Source of the DNA: Planctomycetota bacterium
GTDB taxonomy: Bacteria > Planctomycetota > UBA1135 > GCA-002748355
DNA length: 64,000 nt
Direction: 5' to 3'
Assembly (NCBI GenBank): GCA_011321845.1
Contig: DROQ01000199.1
Location: 2,895-66,894, forward strand
Position 1 is the stretch's first letter, and every line of letters starts with the position of its first letter. Below, piece by piece: positions 27,445 to 37,028 of the stretch. A model generated the notes under the pieces. The model saw only the letters and a program-made list of their open reading frames with translations, ran no database searches and had not been told where the DNA came from. The position numbers and the translations under genes are program-made.

Positions 27445-28983
27445 ATGGCGATGCAGAGTGGAAAACTTCGCTTTTCCCGGCATGCCCCAGCCCCTTCGCT
27501 TTCCAATTCCAAGGGAAGCAAAAAGAAGGGTGGGGGGCAGACCATTACAGCGGACACATCCGAGGACCTGAGCCCTTGGCAACCAACGGCTTTGGATCCT
27601 TGGGACGAAAAAAAGGCCAAGCATCTGTTCCGTCGGGCAGGATTTGGCGGCCGACCCGATGAGATCAAGACCCTCGTCAAGATCGGGGTCGACCGAGCGG
27701 TGGATCTCTTCTTGATCGTCCCCAACTTCACGATCCCCGTGCAAGGAACCCATTTCCTCCCTTCGGGGGAACTTTTGAACCTGGATTCTTATTCCGGCCA
27801 GGTCGCGGGTTGGCTCTATCTGATGGCCAACAGTCCCTGGCAGCTCCAGGAAAAGATGTCCCTTTTCTTTCACGACCACTATGCGACCGGGATCAACAAG
27901 GTCCGCTATACCCAGCTCATGGGCAAGCAGATCAATCTATTCCGTCAGACGGCGCTTGGTTCCTTCCGGACTCAGTTGATCGGGATCTCGGCGGATCCCG
28001 CAATGCTTTATTGGCTCGACAACCGTTTGAGCCGCCGAGGCAGGGTGAATGAAAACTATGGCCGGGAGATCATGGAGCTCTTCTCCATGGGGGTGAACGG
28101 TGGGTACACCGAGAACGATGTAAAAGCCGCCGCCAAGGCCTTTACTGGTTGGACCAACGCTTTTGGCACCTTCTACTACCGGCCTAGCATGCATGACACC
28201 TCCAACAAGGTGTTCCTCGGACGGACCATTTTGGGACGGTCGGGAGCCGCGGGAATCCGGGAAGGGGTCGAAGTGGTCGACCAGATCCTCAGGCAAAAGG
28301 TGACGGCGGAGTTCATGGTCCGCAAGATCTGGGAATGGTTTGTCTATGAGAACCCGAGCAAGGCCTTTATCTCCAAGTTGGCTGCTCGATTCCGGGCGGA
28401 CGGCTACAACTTCCGGACTTTGATGGAGACCATCTTCCGGTCCAAGGCTTTTTACTCCTCCCGGGCCATGAAGAAATTGGTCAAAAACCCGGTGGAATTG
28501 GTCATCGGAGCCATTCGGAATACTCGTCAAGAGAAGCAGGTGAGTTATCTCAGAGTGGCCATTCGCTTCTTGAACATGGGTTGGCCCCTCCTGAATTTCG
28601 CTGGACCCGATGGGCTCCCTGACGGGGTGGACTGGATCAACTCCCAGAATATCATCAACCGCTCCAACTTCCTGGCCGAGCTTCATACCAACTCCACGCG
28701 CGGTTATCTCCATACGATCTTCTCGGGCTATTACCTCTCCAGGAAGGATTGGGTCTCGGAGGTCCGGAGCCTTGGGCTCAGCACTCCCACTCAGATTGTG
28801 GACCATTACCTCAAGGACCTCTTGGACTCCGAAGTACCCGCGAAGGTCCGGACCGATTTGATCGACTACATGACTCGCAGCGACAACGGCAAGTTCACTT
28901 GGAACTTGAACACCTATGGGCAGATCAAGATCTCGGGTCTTGTCTACCTGATTATGAATCTTCCCGAGTACCACATGAACTGA
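27445..28983 (+). CDS. DUF1800 domain-containing protein
   Basis: FHDHYATGINKV...MLYWLDN...NENYGREIMELFSMGV...YTENDVKAAAKAFTGWT is the typical DUF1800 core. It is paired with a downstream DUF1501 gene. Confidence 0.8.
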   Translation: MAMQSGKLRFSRHAPAPSLSNSKGSKKKGGGQTITADTSEDLSPWQPTALDPWDEKKAKHLFRRAGFGGRPDEIKTLVKIGVDRAVDLFLIVPNFTIPVQGTHFLPSGELLNLDSYSGQVAGWLYLMANSPWQLQEKMSLFFHDHYATGINKVRYTQLMGKQINLFRQTALGSFRTQLIGISADPAMLYWLDNRLSRRGRVNENYGREIMELFSMGVNGGYTENDVKAAAKAFTGWTNAFGTFYYRPSMHDTSNKVFLGRTILGRSGAAGIREGVEVVDQILRQKVTAEFMVRKIWEWFVYENPSKAFISKLAARFRADGYNFRTLMETIFRSKAFYSSRAMKKLVKNPVELVIGAIRNTRQEKQVSYLRVAIRFLNMGWPLLNFAGPDGLPDGVDWINSQNIINRSNFLAELHTNSTRGYLHTIFSGYYLSRKDWVSEVRSLGLSTPTQIVDHYLKDLLDSEVPAKVRTDLIDYMTRSDNGKFTWNLNTYGQIKISGLVYLIMNLPEYHMN

Positions 28984-28994
28984 GGAGGACGAAA

Positions 28995-30266
28995 ATGAGC
29001 CTATCAAGACGTGAATTCCTCGCCGGTGGACTCGGAGCCGGCCTCTCCCTTCCCCTGATCCAAAAGGGGTTGATTCCTGAATCCCTCTCCGCCATGGGGG
29101 GGACCGAAGACGTGGTCGTCTTCTTCCAGCTCCGTGGAGGAAACGACATGCTTCAGAACATTTTCACCCCGGACGAGACCAAGTATGGCCAAGCCCGTCC
29201 CGGCTTGAAGATTCCCAAGTCCAAAGGTCTGCAGGTCCAAACCAACAGTCCTTACTATCTCAACCCCAACCTGGCTTCGTTCAAGAAGCTGTTCGATGCC
29301 GGCGACCTGGCGATCGTGAATGGGATTGGTTACCCCAACCCCAACTACTCGCATTTCCGCTCTTTGGATATCATCGCCACCGCGGATCCCACCGCTACCT
29401 CGGCCTACGCGGGTTGGCTTGGGAACTACCTGAAAAAGGCCTACACCGGCGGATTTCAAATCCCCGCGATCGACCTGGAGAGCAAGCTGAACCGGTTCTT
29501 CGTGGGGCGTCCGATTCCGACCTTTACAAACGCGAGGAACTTCAAGTTCAGGCCGGATTTTGCGACCAGCTTCGACCAGAAGTTGGAGCTTGCTCTGCTC
29601 GAATCGAATGCAAAGGCCCCCAGGCCGGGCGCCGATCCGAACCTCAAGTTCGTTTCCAACGCGATCGGGACCACTCCAGGAGACGTCGGTCTGATCCAAA
29701 ACACGGGGACGAACTACAAGCCTAAGGTGACCTACCCCAGCGCCAACGCGAACGAACGCCGTGTCTCGACGAGTTTCCAAACCGTTGCCCGCTACATCGT
29801 GGGTGGATTGCGGACACACATCTACCAATTCTCCCTTGGCGGGTTCGACACGCACGCAAACGAGGTTCTGGCTTCGGATTCTACTAAGGGCAACCTGGCT
29901 GCCCTCCTCAAGGCTGTGTCCGATGGGACCAAGGCCTTCCTGGATGACCTCAAAGCGCAGGGGGTCACCCGGAGAGTTGTGGTCTATATCTTCAGCGAGT
30001 TCGGGCGCAGAGTCGGCGAGAACGGCAACAACGGCACCGATCATGGCGCTGCGGGTGTGGCCTATGTCGCCGGTGCCCCCGTCAAGGGTGGGCTCTATGG
30101 GGCCTTCCCCGATTGGAGCAAGGTCAGTGGACCAAGCTGGAACCGCCAGAATTTTATGGCGACCACGGACTTCCGCTCGGTCTACGCGACCTTCCTGGAG
30201 AACTACTGGAAGGTCAACTCCGCCCTTGTTCTGGGCAAGAAATGGACCCCCCTGAGTTTCCTGTAA
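28995..30266 (+). CDS. DUF1501 domain-containing (sulfatase-like fold) protein with a Tat signal
   Basis: It has a Tat-like N-terminus (MSLSRREFLAGGLGAG). It also has NGIGYPNPNYSHF, GGFDTHAN and FSEFGRRVGENGNNGTDHG. The ATG at 28995 lies after GAGGAGGA. Confidence 0.85.
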   Translation: MSLSRREFLAGGLGAGLSLPLIQKGLIPESLSAMGGTEDVVVFFQLRGGNDMLQNIFTPDETKYGQARPGLKIPKSKGLQVQTNSPYYLNPNLASFKKLFDAGDLAIVNGIGYPNPNYSHFRSLDIIATADPTATSAYAGWLGNYLKKAYTGGFQIPAIDLESKLNRFFVGRPIPTFTNARNFKFRPDFATSFDQKLELALLESNAKAPRPGADPNLKFVSNAIGTTPGDVGLIQNTGTNYKPKVTYPSANANERRVSTSFQTVARYIVGGLRTHIYQFSLGGFDTHANEVLASDSTKGNLAALLKAVSDGTKAFLDDLKAQGVTRRVVVYIFSEFGRRVGENGNNGTDHGAAGVAYVAGAPVKGGLYGAFPDWSKVSGPSWNRQNFMATTDFRSVYATFLENYWKVNSALVLGKKWTPLSFL

Positions 30267-30306
30267 TCCAAACAGGTCTGACCAGGAAAGAAAGGGCCAT
30301 CGGGAG

Positions 30307-32097
30307 TCAATCCCGGTGGCCCTTTTTTTTAAAGGGGTTCTTTGGATCTTCGGGTTTCAGGATAAGGCGGATCCCTTCCTTTCCCGGTTGGATGCCCCGC
30401 CTCCGAGCGAGGAAGGACTCCGCCCCTCGGACCAGGATGGCTTCGAGGAAGTAGGGTGGCTCCCCAAGACCCAAAAAGCGAAACCTTCCCTTGCTGTCCG
30501 TGGTTGTTCTCCTGGGGGAAAAGGTCGGTCGAATTCGCTCCGAGCTAAGTTCCACCAGGGCGCCGGAGACGGGCTCTCCCCGGGGGTCGACGACCACTCC
30601 TTCGAGGTGGTACCCCGTCGTCAGTTGGATGCGGAGCCTGGCAAGGTCCTGGGAATGGAGTCGGATCTCTTTGTTCCATTCGTTATGGAGGCCGGCTGGG
30701 ACATGAACCCGGTATGCACCTTGAGGAAGGCCCCGGAGTTGGAGCCTCCCCCGGGGATCGGTCCAACGGTTCCATGGACCCAGAAGGGCGATGGCGCCTT
30801 GACTCAAACCGGGGATCTCGAGAGCTTGGACCTGGATGCGGTGGCTTCCGGCCGGCATCCCGTCGGGGGAGAATACCTGGAGGTCGAGGCCAGCCGGAGG
30901 TTTCGGATCGGGACGCAGGGAAAAAGAACCCTCTCCCTCGGGGGTCGAGAGATAGGAGATCCTCCCTCGGCTGTCCTCGAAGACTAGAACAATGGGCCCT
31001 CCCTTGGGGATCCCAACGATGCGGAAGTGTCCCTTCCCGGGCGGGGAGATTTGTCTCCTGACACGGCGCCCCCGGTCCCACCAGAGGATGTCCATCTGGC
31101 GAGGGGCCCATGCGCTCGAGCGGGATGGGGGAAGTTGAACAGTGAGACTTCTTTGGCCTCCGGCCGGAAGCAGCAGGCTTTTTCGTTCTCCCGGCTGAAA
31201 AGGTCCCAGGTCGATTGCGCGGAGGAGGCCCTCTCCGGTTTGTATCCATGAACGGAGAACCAGTCCTTGGAGGGTGGGGACTCTCAGGAGTCCGGGCTTT
31301 TCGGGGATTGGGAGCCGACCTGCGCCCGGGGGGGAGAAGAGGGGGGGGAGGAGCAAGGACTCTCGGGCTTTTGGGGAGGTTCTCCTGGTCCGGAGGAAGG
31401 CGGGCCTTTCCCAGGAGGGTTCAACCCTTGTTTTTTCTGCGGGAGCCAAGGCCAGGTCGAGGCTTGCGCTAGCCGCGTCTCTGCGGACCAGCCGGAGTTG
31501 GAAGCGGCCTGGTGGGAGGAGGATCTCCCTTTCTGCGCTGCCTTTGTGTTGAATCCCCCAAAGGAAGAGAAAGGGGCGTTGCGACTCCCGATCCAGCCCC
31601 AGGAGAATCCAGGAATAGGCTTGTCTTGGGGTAGATGGGAGAGAGAGCTTGGACGCAGGGAAGAGGTTGAGCTTGAGGGCTTGTCCCGGCGCGACTCGGA
31701 GGTGGACGGCGCTGACGAGTCCCAGGCCCGGATTTCTCGCGTAAACCCGGAGGAGGCGTCCTCCTCCCGCCTCGAAGGCGAATCTTCCGGCTTTGTTGCC
31801 CTGAACCCTTCGGATTTTGGGAGGGTGGTCGGGAATCGGCTGATCCCATTCCCCCAGAGTCCAGGGAATGACCACGATCTCGCTCGCATCCAGGTCCTTC
31901 CCGGGCGGACCCTGAACCCGCCCAAAGACTCTCAATCTTCGCGTAGAGGGTGCAGAGGGAGTGATGCTCCGTTCCCCCTTTTGATCCTGGGAGGAGGCGG
32001 GGGCGAAAGAGGGGGGGACTGGAGGGGAAAAAAAAAGGGGGAGCCCCATGAGAGGACTCCCAAGGATCGAGAGAAGGGAATTCCTTCGGGGGATCAC
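30307..32097 (-). CDS. Secreted repetitive beta-sandwich protein with a carboxypeptidase-regulatory-like domain
   Basis: The C-terminal segment GVVVDPRGEPVSGALVELSS...TTTDSKGRFRFLGL is the CarboxypepD_reg motif. Several similar Pro/Arg/Gly/Leu-rich repeats precede it. It overlaps the stop of the clpP-like gene by 4 nt. Confidence 0.55.
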   Translation of the reverse strand: MIPRRNSLLSILGSPLMGLPLFFSPPVPPSFAPASSQDQKGERSITPSAPSTRRLRVFGRVQGPPGKDLDASEIVVIPWTLGEWDQPIPDHPPKIRRVQGNKAGRFAFEAGGGRLLRVYARNPGLGLVSAVHLRVAPGQALKLNLFPASKLSLPSTPRQAYSWILLGLDRESQRPFLFLWGIQHKGSAEREILLPPGRFQLRLVRRDAASASLDLALAPAEKTRVEPSWERPAFLRTRRTSPKARESLLLPPLFSPPGAGRLPIPEKPGLLRVPTLQGLVLRSWIQTGEGLLRAIDLGPFQPGERKSLLLPAGGQRSLTVQLPPSRSSAWAPRQMDILWWDRGRRVRRQISPPGKGHFRIVGIPKGGPIVLVFEDSRGRISYLSTPEGEGSFSLRPDPKPPAGLDLQVFSPDGMPAGSHRIQVQALEIPGLSQGAIALLGPWNRWTDPRGRLQLRGLPQGAYRVHVPAGLHNEWNKEIRLHSQDLARLRIQLTTGYHLEGVVVDPRGEPVSGALVELSSERIRPTFSPRRTTTDSKGRFRFLGLGEPPYFLEAILVRGAESFLARRRGIQPGKEGIRLILKPEDPKNPFKKKGHRD

Positions 32098-32948
32098 TTC
32101 TCTTCAAGTTCGGCGCGGAACTGGATGATCCGATCCGCGAGTTTGTATTCGATGGCCTCCGGAGCGCTGAGCCAGAAATCTCTCGCGGCGTCTTCAACGA
32201 TGTCCTCCATCGAGCGGCCGGTCGCGTCCGAGATGATCTTGTTGTAGCTGTCACGCAGCTTGAGGACCTGTTGGGCGGTGATGTGCAGGTCCGAGGCGGT
32301 TCCTCTTCCTCCGGTGGAAGGTTGGTGGATGAGGAAGCGGCTGTGGGGGAGGGTGAGCCTGGAACCCTCGTTGCCCGCGAGGAAAACGAGGACAGCCGCC
32401 GATGCGCAGATCCCGTTGACAACCGTACGGATGGGGCATCGGATAAATTTGAGCATGTCATACATGGCGAAGCCCGAATCCGCTGACCCTCCCGGCGAAT
32501 TGATGAAGACCGTGATCTCCTTCTCAGGATCCATTTCCTCCAGGACAAGAAGGCGGGATACTACGGAGGTACAGAGTTTGTCGGTGACGGGACCGCTGAC
32601 GATGAGAGTCCGGGATTCGAGGAGTTTTTTCTCGATGAGGATGGGGGTATCTTGCCCCTTTTTTCCCTCTTCTTGCTCCTCCTCGTCTTCCAACCTGGGG
32701 CTTGGACCGAGCAAAATGGCATCTGCCAACTCGATTTCGGGCTCTCCTTTCTTGGATTGGGGGGCGTCATGCTTTGCCAGGGACTTGTGTTGCATCTTTC
32801 CTTCCTTCGCTCGTTCTCTTTCTTCCAGGCCTAAGGGATCGGGGAGGATTCCTTGGTATTGCCCCAAAGGCTCGATCGCTTCGAGACTTCCGTAGTTGTT
32901 TTCGTGCTCAAGAAGGGGACCATAGCCAGGGAACGGGGTTCCAGGCAA
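32094..32948 (-). CDS. clpP: ClpP-family serine protease with a ~105-aa acidic/low-complexity N-terminal extension
   Basis: The core is ITVFINSPGGSADSGFAMYDMLKFI...GICASAAVLVFLAG...RFLIHQP...ARDFWLSAPEAIEYKLADRI. The Ser, His and Asp catalytic positions are conserved. Confidence 0.8.
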   Translation of the reverse strand: MPGTPFPGYGPLLEHENNYGSLEAIEPLGQYQGILPDPLGLEERERAKEGKMQHKSLAKHDAPQSKKGEPEIELADAILLGPSPRLEDEEEQEEGKKGQDTPILIEKKLLESRTLIVSGPVTDKLCTSVVSRLLVLEEMDPEKEITVFINSPGGSADSGFAMYDMLKFIRCPIRTVVNGICASAAVLVFLAGNEGSRLTLPHSRFLIHQPSTGGRGTASDLHITAQQVLKLRDSYNKIISDATGRSMEDIVEDAARDFWLSAPEAIEYKLADRIIQFRAELEEK

Positions 32949-33084
32949 TAGGTTCGCCCTTCCCTCTTTTTATCGGGAAGGGCTTGGGAATTCCCAAGCG
33001 ATTTCCGATGAGTTAGATCCGGTCCAAGGAAAGGATGCTGGGAGGATGCTCCAATTCTCCTCTATTCTTCGTTTTTTTTCCCCT

Positions 33085-33113
33085 TTGGCTGGCAACGATG
33101 GGTTTTCTATGCT
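33085..33113 (+). promoter_or_regulatory. Candidate sigma70-type promoter (TTGGCT-N17-TATGCT) in the clpP-rho intergenic region
   Basis: This is a hexamer match read by eye and nothing more. The consensus for this lineage is unknown. Confidence 0.2.
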
Positions 33114-33175
33114 AACAAGAATAAGCATCCAAAGGGGGGTTCACGCGGACCGAAACTTTTCGATTCGGTCCCAGT

Positions 33176-33201
33176 GAATTCCAGAGACGAATTCCAGAGA
33201 C
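33176..33201. repeat. Perfect 13-bp direct repeat x2 (GAATTCCAGAGAC)
   Basis: Read directly from the sequence. It is flanked by an 8-bp hairpin (33147-33171) and by a weak hairpin with a T6 tract (33199-33218). Confidence 0.8.
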
Positions 33202-33716
33202 CGTTTTTCGGTTTTTTGAATGAGATGCTTGCGGGTTTCCGCCTCCTCCCTTGGGAGGAACCTCTGAGTCCAACCCGCCTGTCGACCCGGTTTTTTGGCT
33301 GACAGGTAGGTGGATCTGAAGGGCGAACCTGCCTGGTCTTTTTGGAACCAAGGATTGTTCTCCGTTCCCTTTTCATGGGCGATTGTGCTCTCCGTCTATG
33401 GAGAACCGGAACCTTGAAAGGGGGAAGTCGAGGCGTTTTTTTTCAGCGATCTTTTTGTTGGCTGTGCGTCCTTGGTACAGGGAGGAAGGCGGCAGGTTCG
33501 ATTCCGAATGGGATCCTCCCCGTTCGGAAGACCTCGTGGAATTGCGATGGTGCACTCCTAGAGGTTCGGGCTCCTTCTGGAGATGAGGTGGCGGGAATGG
33601 CCCTTTGGATTGCGTGAGAATGCCGGTGATCCCCATGGGCGGTGGAGACCGGAGACAGATGATTACTTCTGAGAGCCAATCCCCGGCAGAAGGTCGGGAG
33701 GTAAGGAAGGCTAGGT

Positions 33717-35042
33717 TTGACTGACACGAGCACGAGAAAAAGCAATTCGTCCAATTCCCAAAACCAGCGTGGCGGAAACCGAGGCGGTGGTGGAAACCGA
33801 GGCGGTGGGAAGAATCGAGGGGGTGGTGGCAACCGCGGTGGGAACCGGGGTGGAAACCAGGGGTATCGGAAAAAGAGGCGGAGAAAGCCCAATCCCGATC
33901 GTATGCCCGAAGTCGTAGGTCCTACCGAACCCGGCGGCGGATTGTTGGAAATCCAGGGGGATGGGACCGGTTTTTTACGGTCTTATGAGAACAGCTATTT
34001 GGCGGGGGAGGGGGACATCTACGTCCCTGGTGTCCTCGTCAAAAAACACGGACTGAAACCCGGGTCCTTCATCGAAGGCCAGGTCGCCCAACCCCGCAAG
34101 CCCAACCAAAAACCTTTTCTAGCGGAGGTCGAAAAGGTGGATGGCATGGATCCGGAGGAGCGGGCCAAGCTGACCCCTTTCCCCAAGCTTACGGTGGTCG
34201 ACCCAGAGCCTCAGATCGTTCTGGGTCCGGGGGATGACGACTTGAGTCTCCGTGTGATCGACCTCCTCTCGCCCATTGGCTATGGCCAGCGGGGCTTGAT
34301 CGTCGCTCCTCCCCGAAGCGGCAAGACCATCCTCCTCCAAAAGATCTCCAACGCCATCGTGGAGCGGGATCCGGACACCCATCTGATCGTTCTCCTGATC
34401 GATGAGAGGCCCGAAGAGGCCACTGGATGGCGACGTTCGATCAAGGAGCATGGTGAAGTCCTCGTCTCAACCTTGGATGAAGGCCCCAGGAATCATGTCC
34501 GCCTGAGCGAGATTACCCTGGAACGGGCCCATCGTCTGGTGGAATGCGGTCAGAACGTGGTCATTGTTCTCGATTCGATTACCCGTCTGGCGAGGGCCTA
34601 CAATTCCGAAAACCGGGGCGGTGGCGGGATCCTTTCCGGGGGGCTTGGAGCCAAGGTCCTGGAGAAGCCCAAGAAATTCTTCGGATCGGCTCGAAACGTC
34701 GAAAATGGGGGGTCTTTGACGATTCTGGGGACAGCCCTGGTGGATACCGGGTCCCGTATGGACCAGGTCATCTTCGAGGAGTTCAAAGGGACCGGAAACA
34801 TGGAATTGGTCCTTTCCAGGCCTTTGGCCGAACGGCGGATTTTTCCCGCCATCGACATCGAACTTTCGGGAACAAGGCGTGAAGAGCTTCTCCTCCCCGA
34901 AGCCATCCTGGACCGGGTCTACACCCTTCGTCGGGTCCTCTCCAAGATGCACAGCCTGGACGCCATGCCCCTCCTCCTGGATAAATTGTCTGCGACCTCG
35001 AGTAATGCGGAGTTTTTGGGGTCTTTCCGCGTGACGACCTAG
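33717..35042 (+). CDS. rho: Transcription termination factor Rho with an RGG-repeat N-terminus
   Basis: It has the CSD-like RNA-binding core (LLEIQGDGTGFLRSYENSYLAGEGDIYVP), Walker A (APPRSGKT), LLIDERPEE, and the C-terminal motifs FEEFKGTGNMELVLSR and RIFPAIDIELSGTR. There is a TTG start at 33717 and no in-frame ATG upstream of the core. Confidence 0.9.
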   Translation: MTDTSTRKSNSSNSQNQRGGNRGGGGNRGGGKNRGGGGNRGGNRGGNQGYRKKRRRKPNPDRMPEVVGPTEPGGGLLEIQGDGTGFLRSYENSYLAGEGDIYVPGVLVKKHGLKPGSFIEGQVAQPRKPNQKPFLAEVEKVDGMDPEERAKLTPFPKLTVVDPEPQIVLGPGDDDLSLRVIDLLSPIGYGQRGLIVAPPRSGKTILLQKISNAIVERDPDTHLIVLLIDERPEEATGWRRSIKEHGEVLVSTLDEGPRNHVRLSEITLERAHRLVECGQNVVIVLDSITRLARAYNSENRGGGGILSGGLGAKVLEKPKKFFGSARNVENGGSLTILGTALVDTGSRMDQVIFEEFKGTGNMELVLSRPLAERRIFPAIDIELSGTRREELLLPEAILDRVYTLRRVLSKMHSLDAMPLLLDKLSATSSNAEFLGSFRVTT

Positions 35043-35308
35043 AACCCGGCTCGAGACCGGGTGAGCCCCTCATCAGGGGGGCAGGATCCTGGGGGGTTTG
35101 GGGCCTTCCGGGTCCACTTTTTTCCAATCCGCGGAGAGCCGCCCCTTGGTCTTTCCTCCATCCCTGGAGCGAATCCGCTTCCTTGCTGCACCTTTGACAG
35201 GGGAGGGGGAGGGGCTTAGGCTCTTTCCCCCTTCTTGGGATTCCCCTGTCCTTCCCCAAGGAGAAGGGAAGCCCTCCCGTCGTTGTTGAGACCTCTTCGG
35301 AGCAAGGC

Positions 35309-36307
35309 ATGATCCAGGTAGAAAACCTCGTCAAGCATTATGGTTCCTTTGTTGCATTGAAGGGGATTTCTTTCGAAGTCCCTTCTGGGCAGGTTCTTGG
35401 GTTCCTGGGGCCGAACGGGGCCGGCAAGTCGACCACCATGAAGATCCTGACCGGATACCTTTATCCCAGCTCCGGACATGTCAAGGTAGATGGGATCGAT
35501 GTGCAAGAGGATCCTCTCTCCGTCCGGAAAAAGGTGGGCTATCTCCCAGAAACAAACCCTCTTTATATGGATATGAGGGTCGATGATTATCTCCGTTTCG
35601 TGGGGAGCATCCGGGGGCTCCGGGGGAAGGCCCTGTCCCAAGGGATCCAGAGAGTGGTGGAAGTCTGTGGGCTCGCGCGGGTCTACCGCAAGGAGATCCG
35701 AGAACTTTCCAAGGGGTACCGCCAGCGGGTGGGCCTGGCCCAGGCCATGATCCACGATCCGGAAATCCTGGTCCTGGACGAGCCGACCTCGGGTTTGGAT
35801 CCCAACCAGATCGTGGAGATCCGTGAGCTGATCCGGAATCTCGGCACGGACCGGACCGTGCTGTTGTCCACTCATTATCTGCAGGAGGTGGAGGCCACCT
35901 GTGACCGCATTCTTATCATCGCGCAGGGAAAGATTGTGGCGGATGGGACGGCTCGCAGTTTGACTTCGACCCTTCCTCCGGGGCCTCTGACCGTCGAAAT
36001 CAAGGGGCCGAAGGACAAGGTCGAGACCCAGCTCAAGGAGCTGTTTCCCCCGGAAACAGGGGTCCAAGTACAGTTTCTCGGGGAGGATCCTCCGGGGGAG
36101 GTTTGCTTCAGGGTTGGTACCTCTCCCGAGTCGGATGAGCATGTCCGCGAAGCTATTTTCGATCTTGTAAGCCGGAACGGGTGGAAGCTTCTGGAGATGC
36201 ATCGGCCTCCGGCCACCCTGGAGCAGGTTTTCCGAAAGCTGACCCTCGACCCCATCGAGGAGCCTCTGGTCGCAAAAGAACTCAGCATGGGAGGGAGCCA
36301 TGTCTAA
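35309..36307 (+). CDS. ABC transporter ATP-binding protein (GldA-like, ABC-2 type)
   Basis: It has Walker A (GPNGAGKST), the signature LSKGYRQR and Walker B (ILVLDEP). Confidence 0.85.
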   Translation: MIQVENLVKHYGSFVALKGISFEVPSGQVLGFLGPNGAGKSTTMKILTGYLYPSSGHVKVDGIDVQEDPLSVRKKVGYLPETNPLYMDMRVDDYLRFVGSIRGLRGKALSQGIQRVVEVCGLARVYRKEIRELSKGYRQRVGLAQAMIHDPEILVLDEPTSGLDPNQIVEIRELIRNLGTDRTVLLSTHYLQEVEATCDRILIIAQGKIVADGTARSLTSTLPPGPLTVEIKGPKDKVETQLKELFPPETGVQVQFLGEDPPGEVCFRVGTSPESDEHVREAIFDLVSRNGWKLLEMHRPPATLEQVFRKLTLDPIEEPLVAKELSMGGSHV

Positions 36308-37025
36308 GACGACAGTGATCCTGAAGCGGGAATTCCGGTCCTATTTTCTCTCACCCATCGCCTATGTGGTGGGGGGACTCTTTTTGGCGATCGGAGGATG
36401 GTTCTACTTTTCCCGGGTCTTTTTTGATTTCGGTGCCGGCGCCGAAGCGAGGATGGATGGGTTCTTCAACCTTCTCCCTCTCTTCTTTCTTGTCCTTGTC
36501 CCCGCTCTCTCCATGAGGCTCTGGGCCGAGGAAAAAAAACTCGGGACATTCGAGCTGCTCCTCACCTTTCCGGTCCGGAGCAGAGACCTGATCCTGGGCA
36601 AGTTCCTGGGAGGGTTGCTGTTCGTGGTGGTTTTGCTGGCCTTCACTCTCCCCTATCCCATGACACTTGCCGCCTACGGAAAGCTGGATTGGGGACCGGT
36701 GATCGGAGGGTATCTCGGGGGGATTCTTTTGGCTGCCTCCTATCTTTCTTTAGGTCTCTTTATCTCCAGCCTGACACGGGATCAGATCATCGCCCTGCTT
36801 CTCTCGGTTGCGTCCCTTCTGATCCTTGTCCTCCTCCCCCAGTTTGGGGCGGCGATGAGCCCTTCCCTCGCCGAAGCCTTCAAACTCCTGAGCCCAGTGG
36901 AACACTTCCGGTCCATTGCTCGGGGGGTTCTGGATCTTCGTGACTTGATCTTCTACTTCGTTTTTTGCGGGTTGTTTCTCTACTTGAACGCCCTTGTCCT
37001 CGAGTTCAAGAAAAGGAATGGATGA
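36300..37025 (+). CDS. ABC-2 type permease (GldF-like)
   Basis: The 241-aa protein is polytopic. The N-terminus MSKTTVILKREFRSYFLSPIAYVV is typical of this family. It overlaps the ATPase gene by 8 nt. Confidence 0.75.
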   Translation: MSKTTVILKREFRSYFLSPIAYVVGGLFLAIGGWFYFSRVFFDFGAGAEARMDGFFNLLPLFFLVLVPALSMRLWAEEKKLGTFELLLTFPVRSRDLILGKFLGGLLFVVVLLAFTLPYPMTLAAYGKLDWGPVIGGYLGGILLAASYLSLGLFISSLTRDQIIALLLSVASLLILVLLPQFGAAMSPSLAEAFKLLSPVEHFRSIARGVLDLRDLIFYFVFCGLFLYLNALVLEFKKRNG

Positions 37026-37028
37026 CCG

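Noticed and set aside
33301-33340. SRP (4.5S) RNA domain IV-like sequence CAGGTAGGTGGATCTGAAGGGCGAACCTGCCTGG
   Set aside because: The conserved symmetric and asymmetric loop nucleotides (AGCA opposite GGAA-capped helix 8) are not reproduced. The flanking helices do not pair convincingly.
33494-33506. T-arm-like GGTTCGATTCC suggesting a tRNA or tmRNA fragment
   Set aside because: The flanking bases (GCAGG / CCGAA) cannot form the T-stem. No acceptor stem or CCA context is present.
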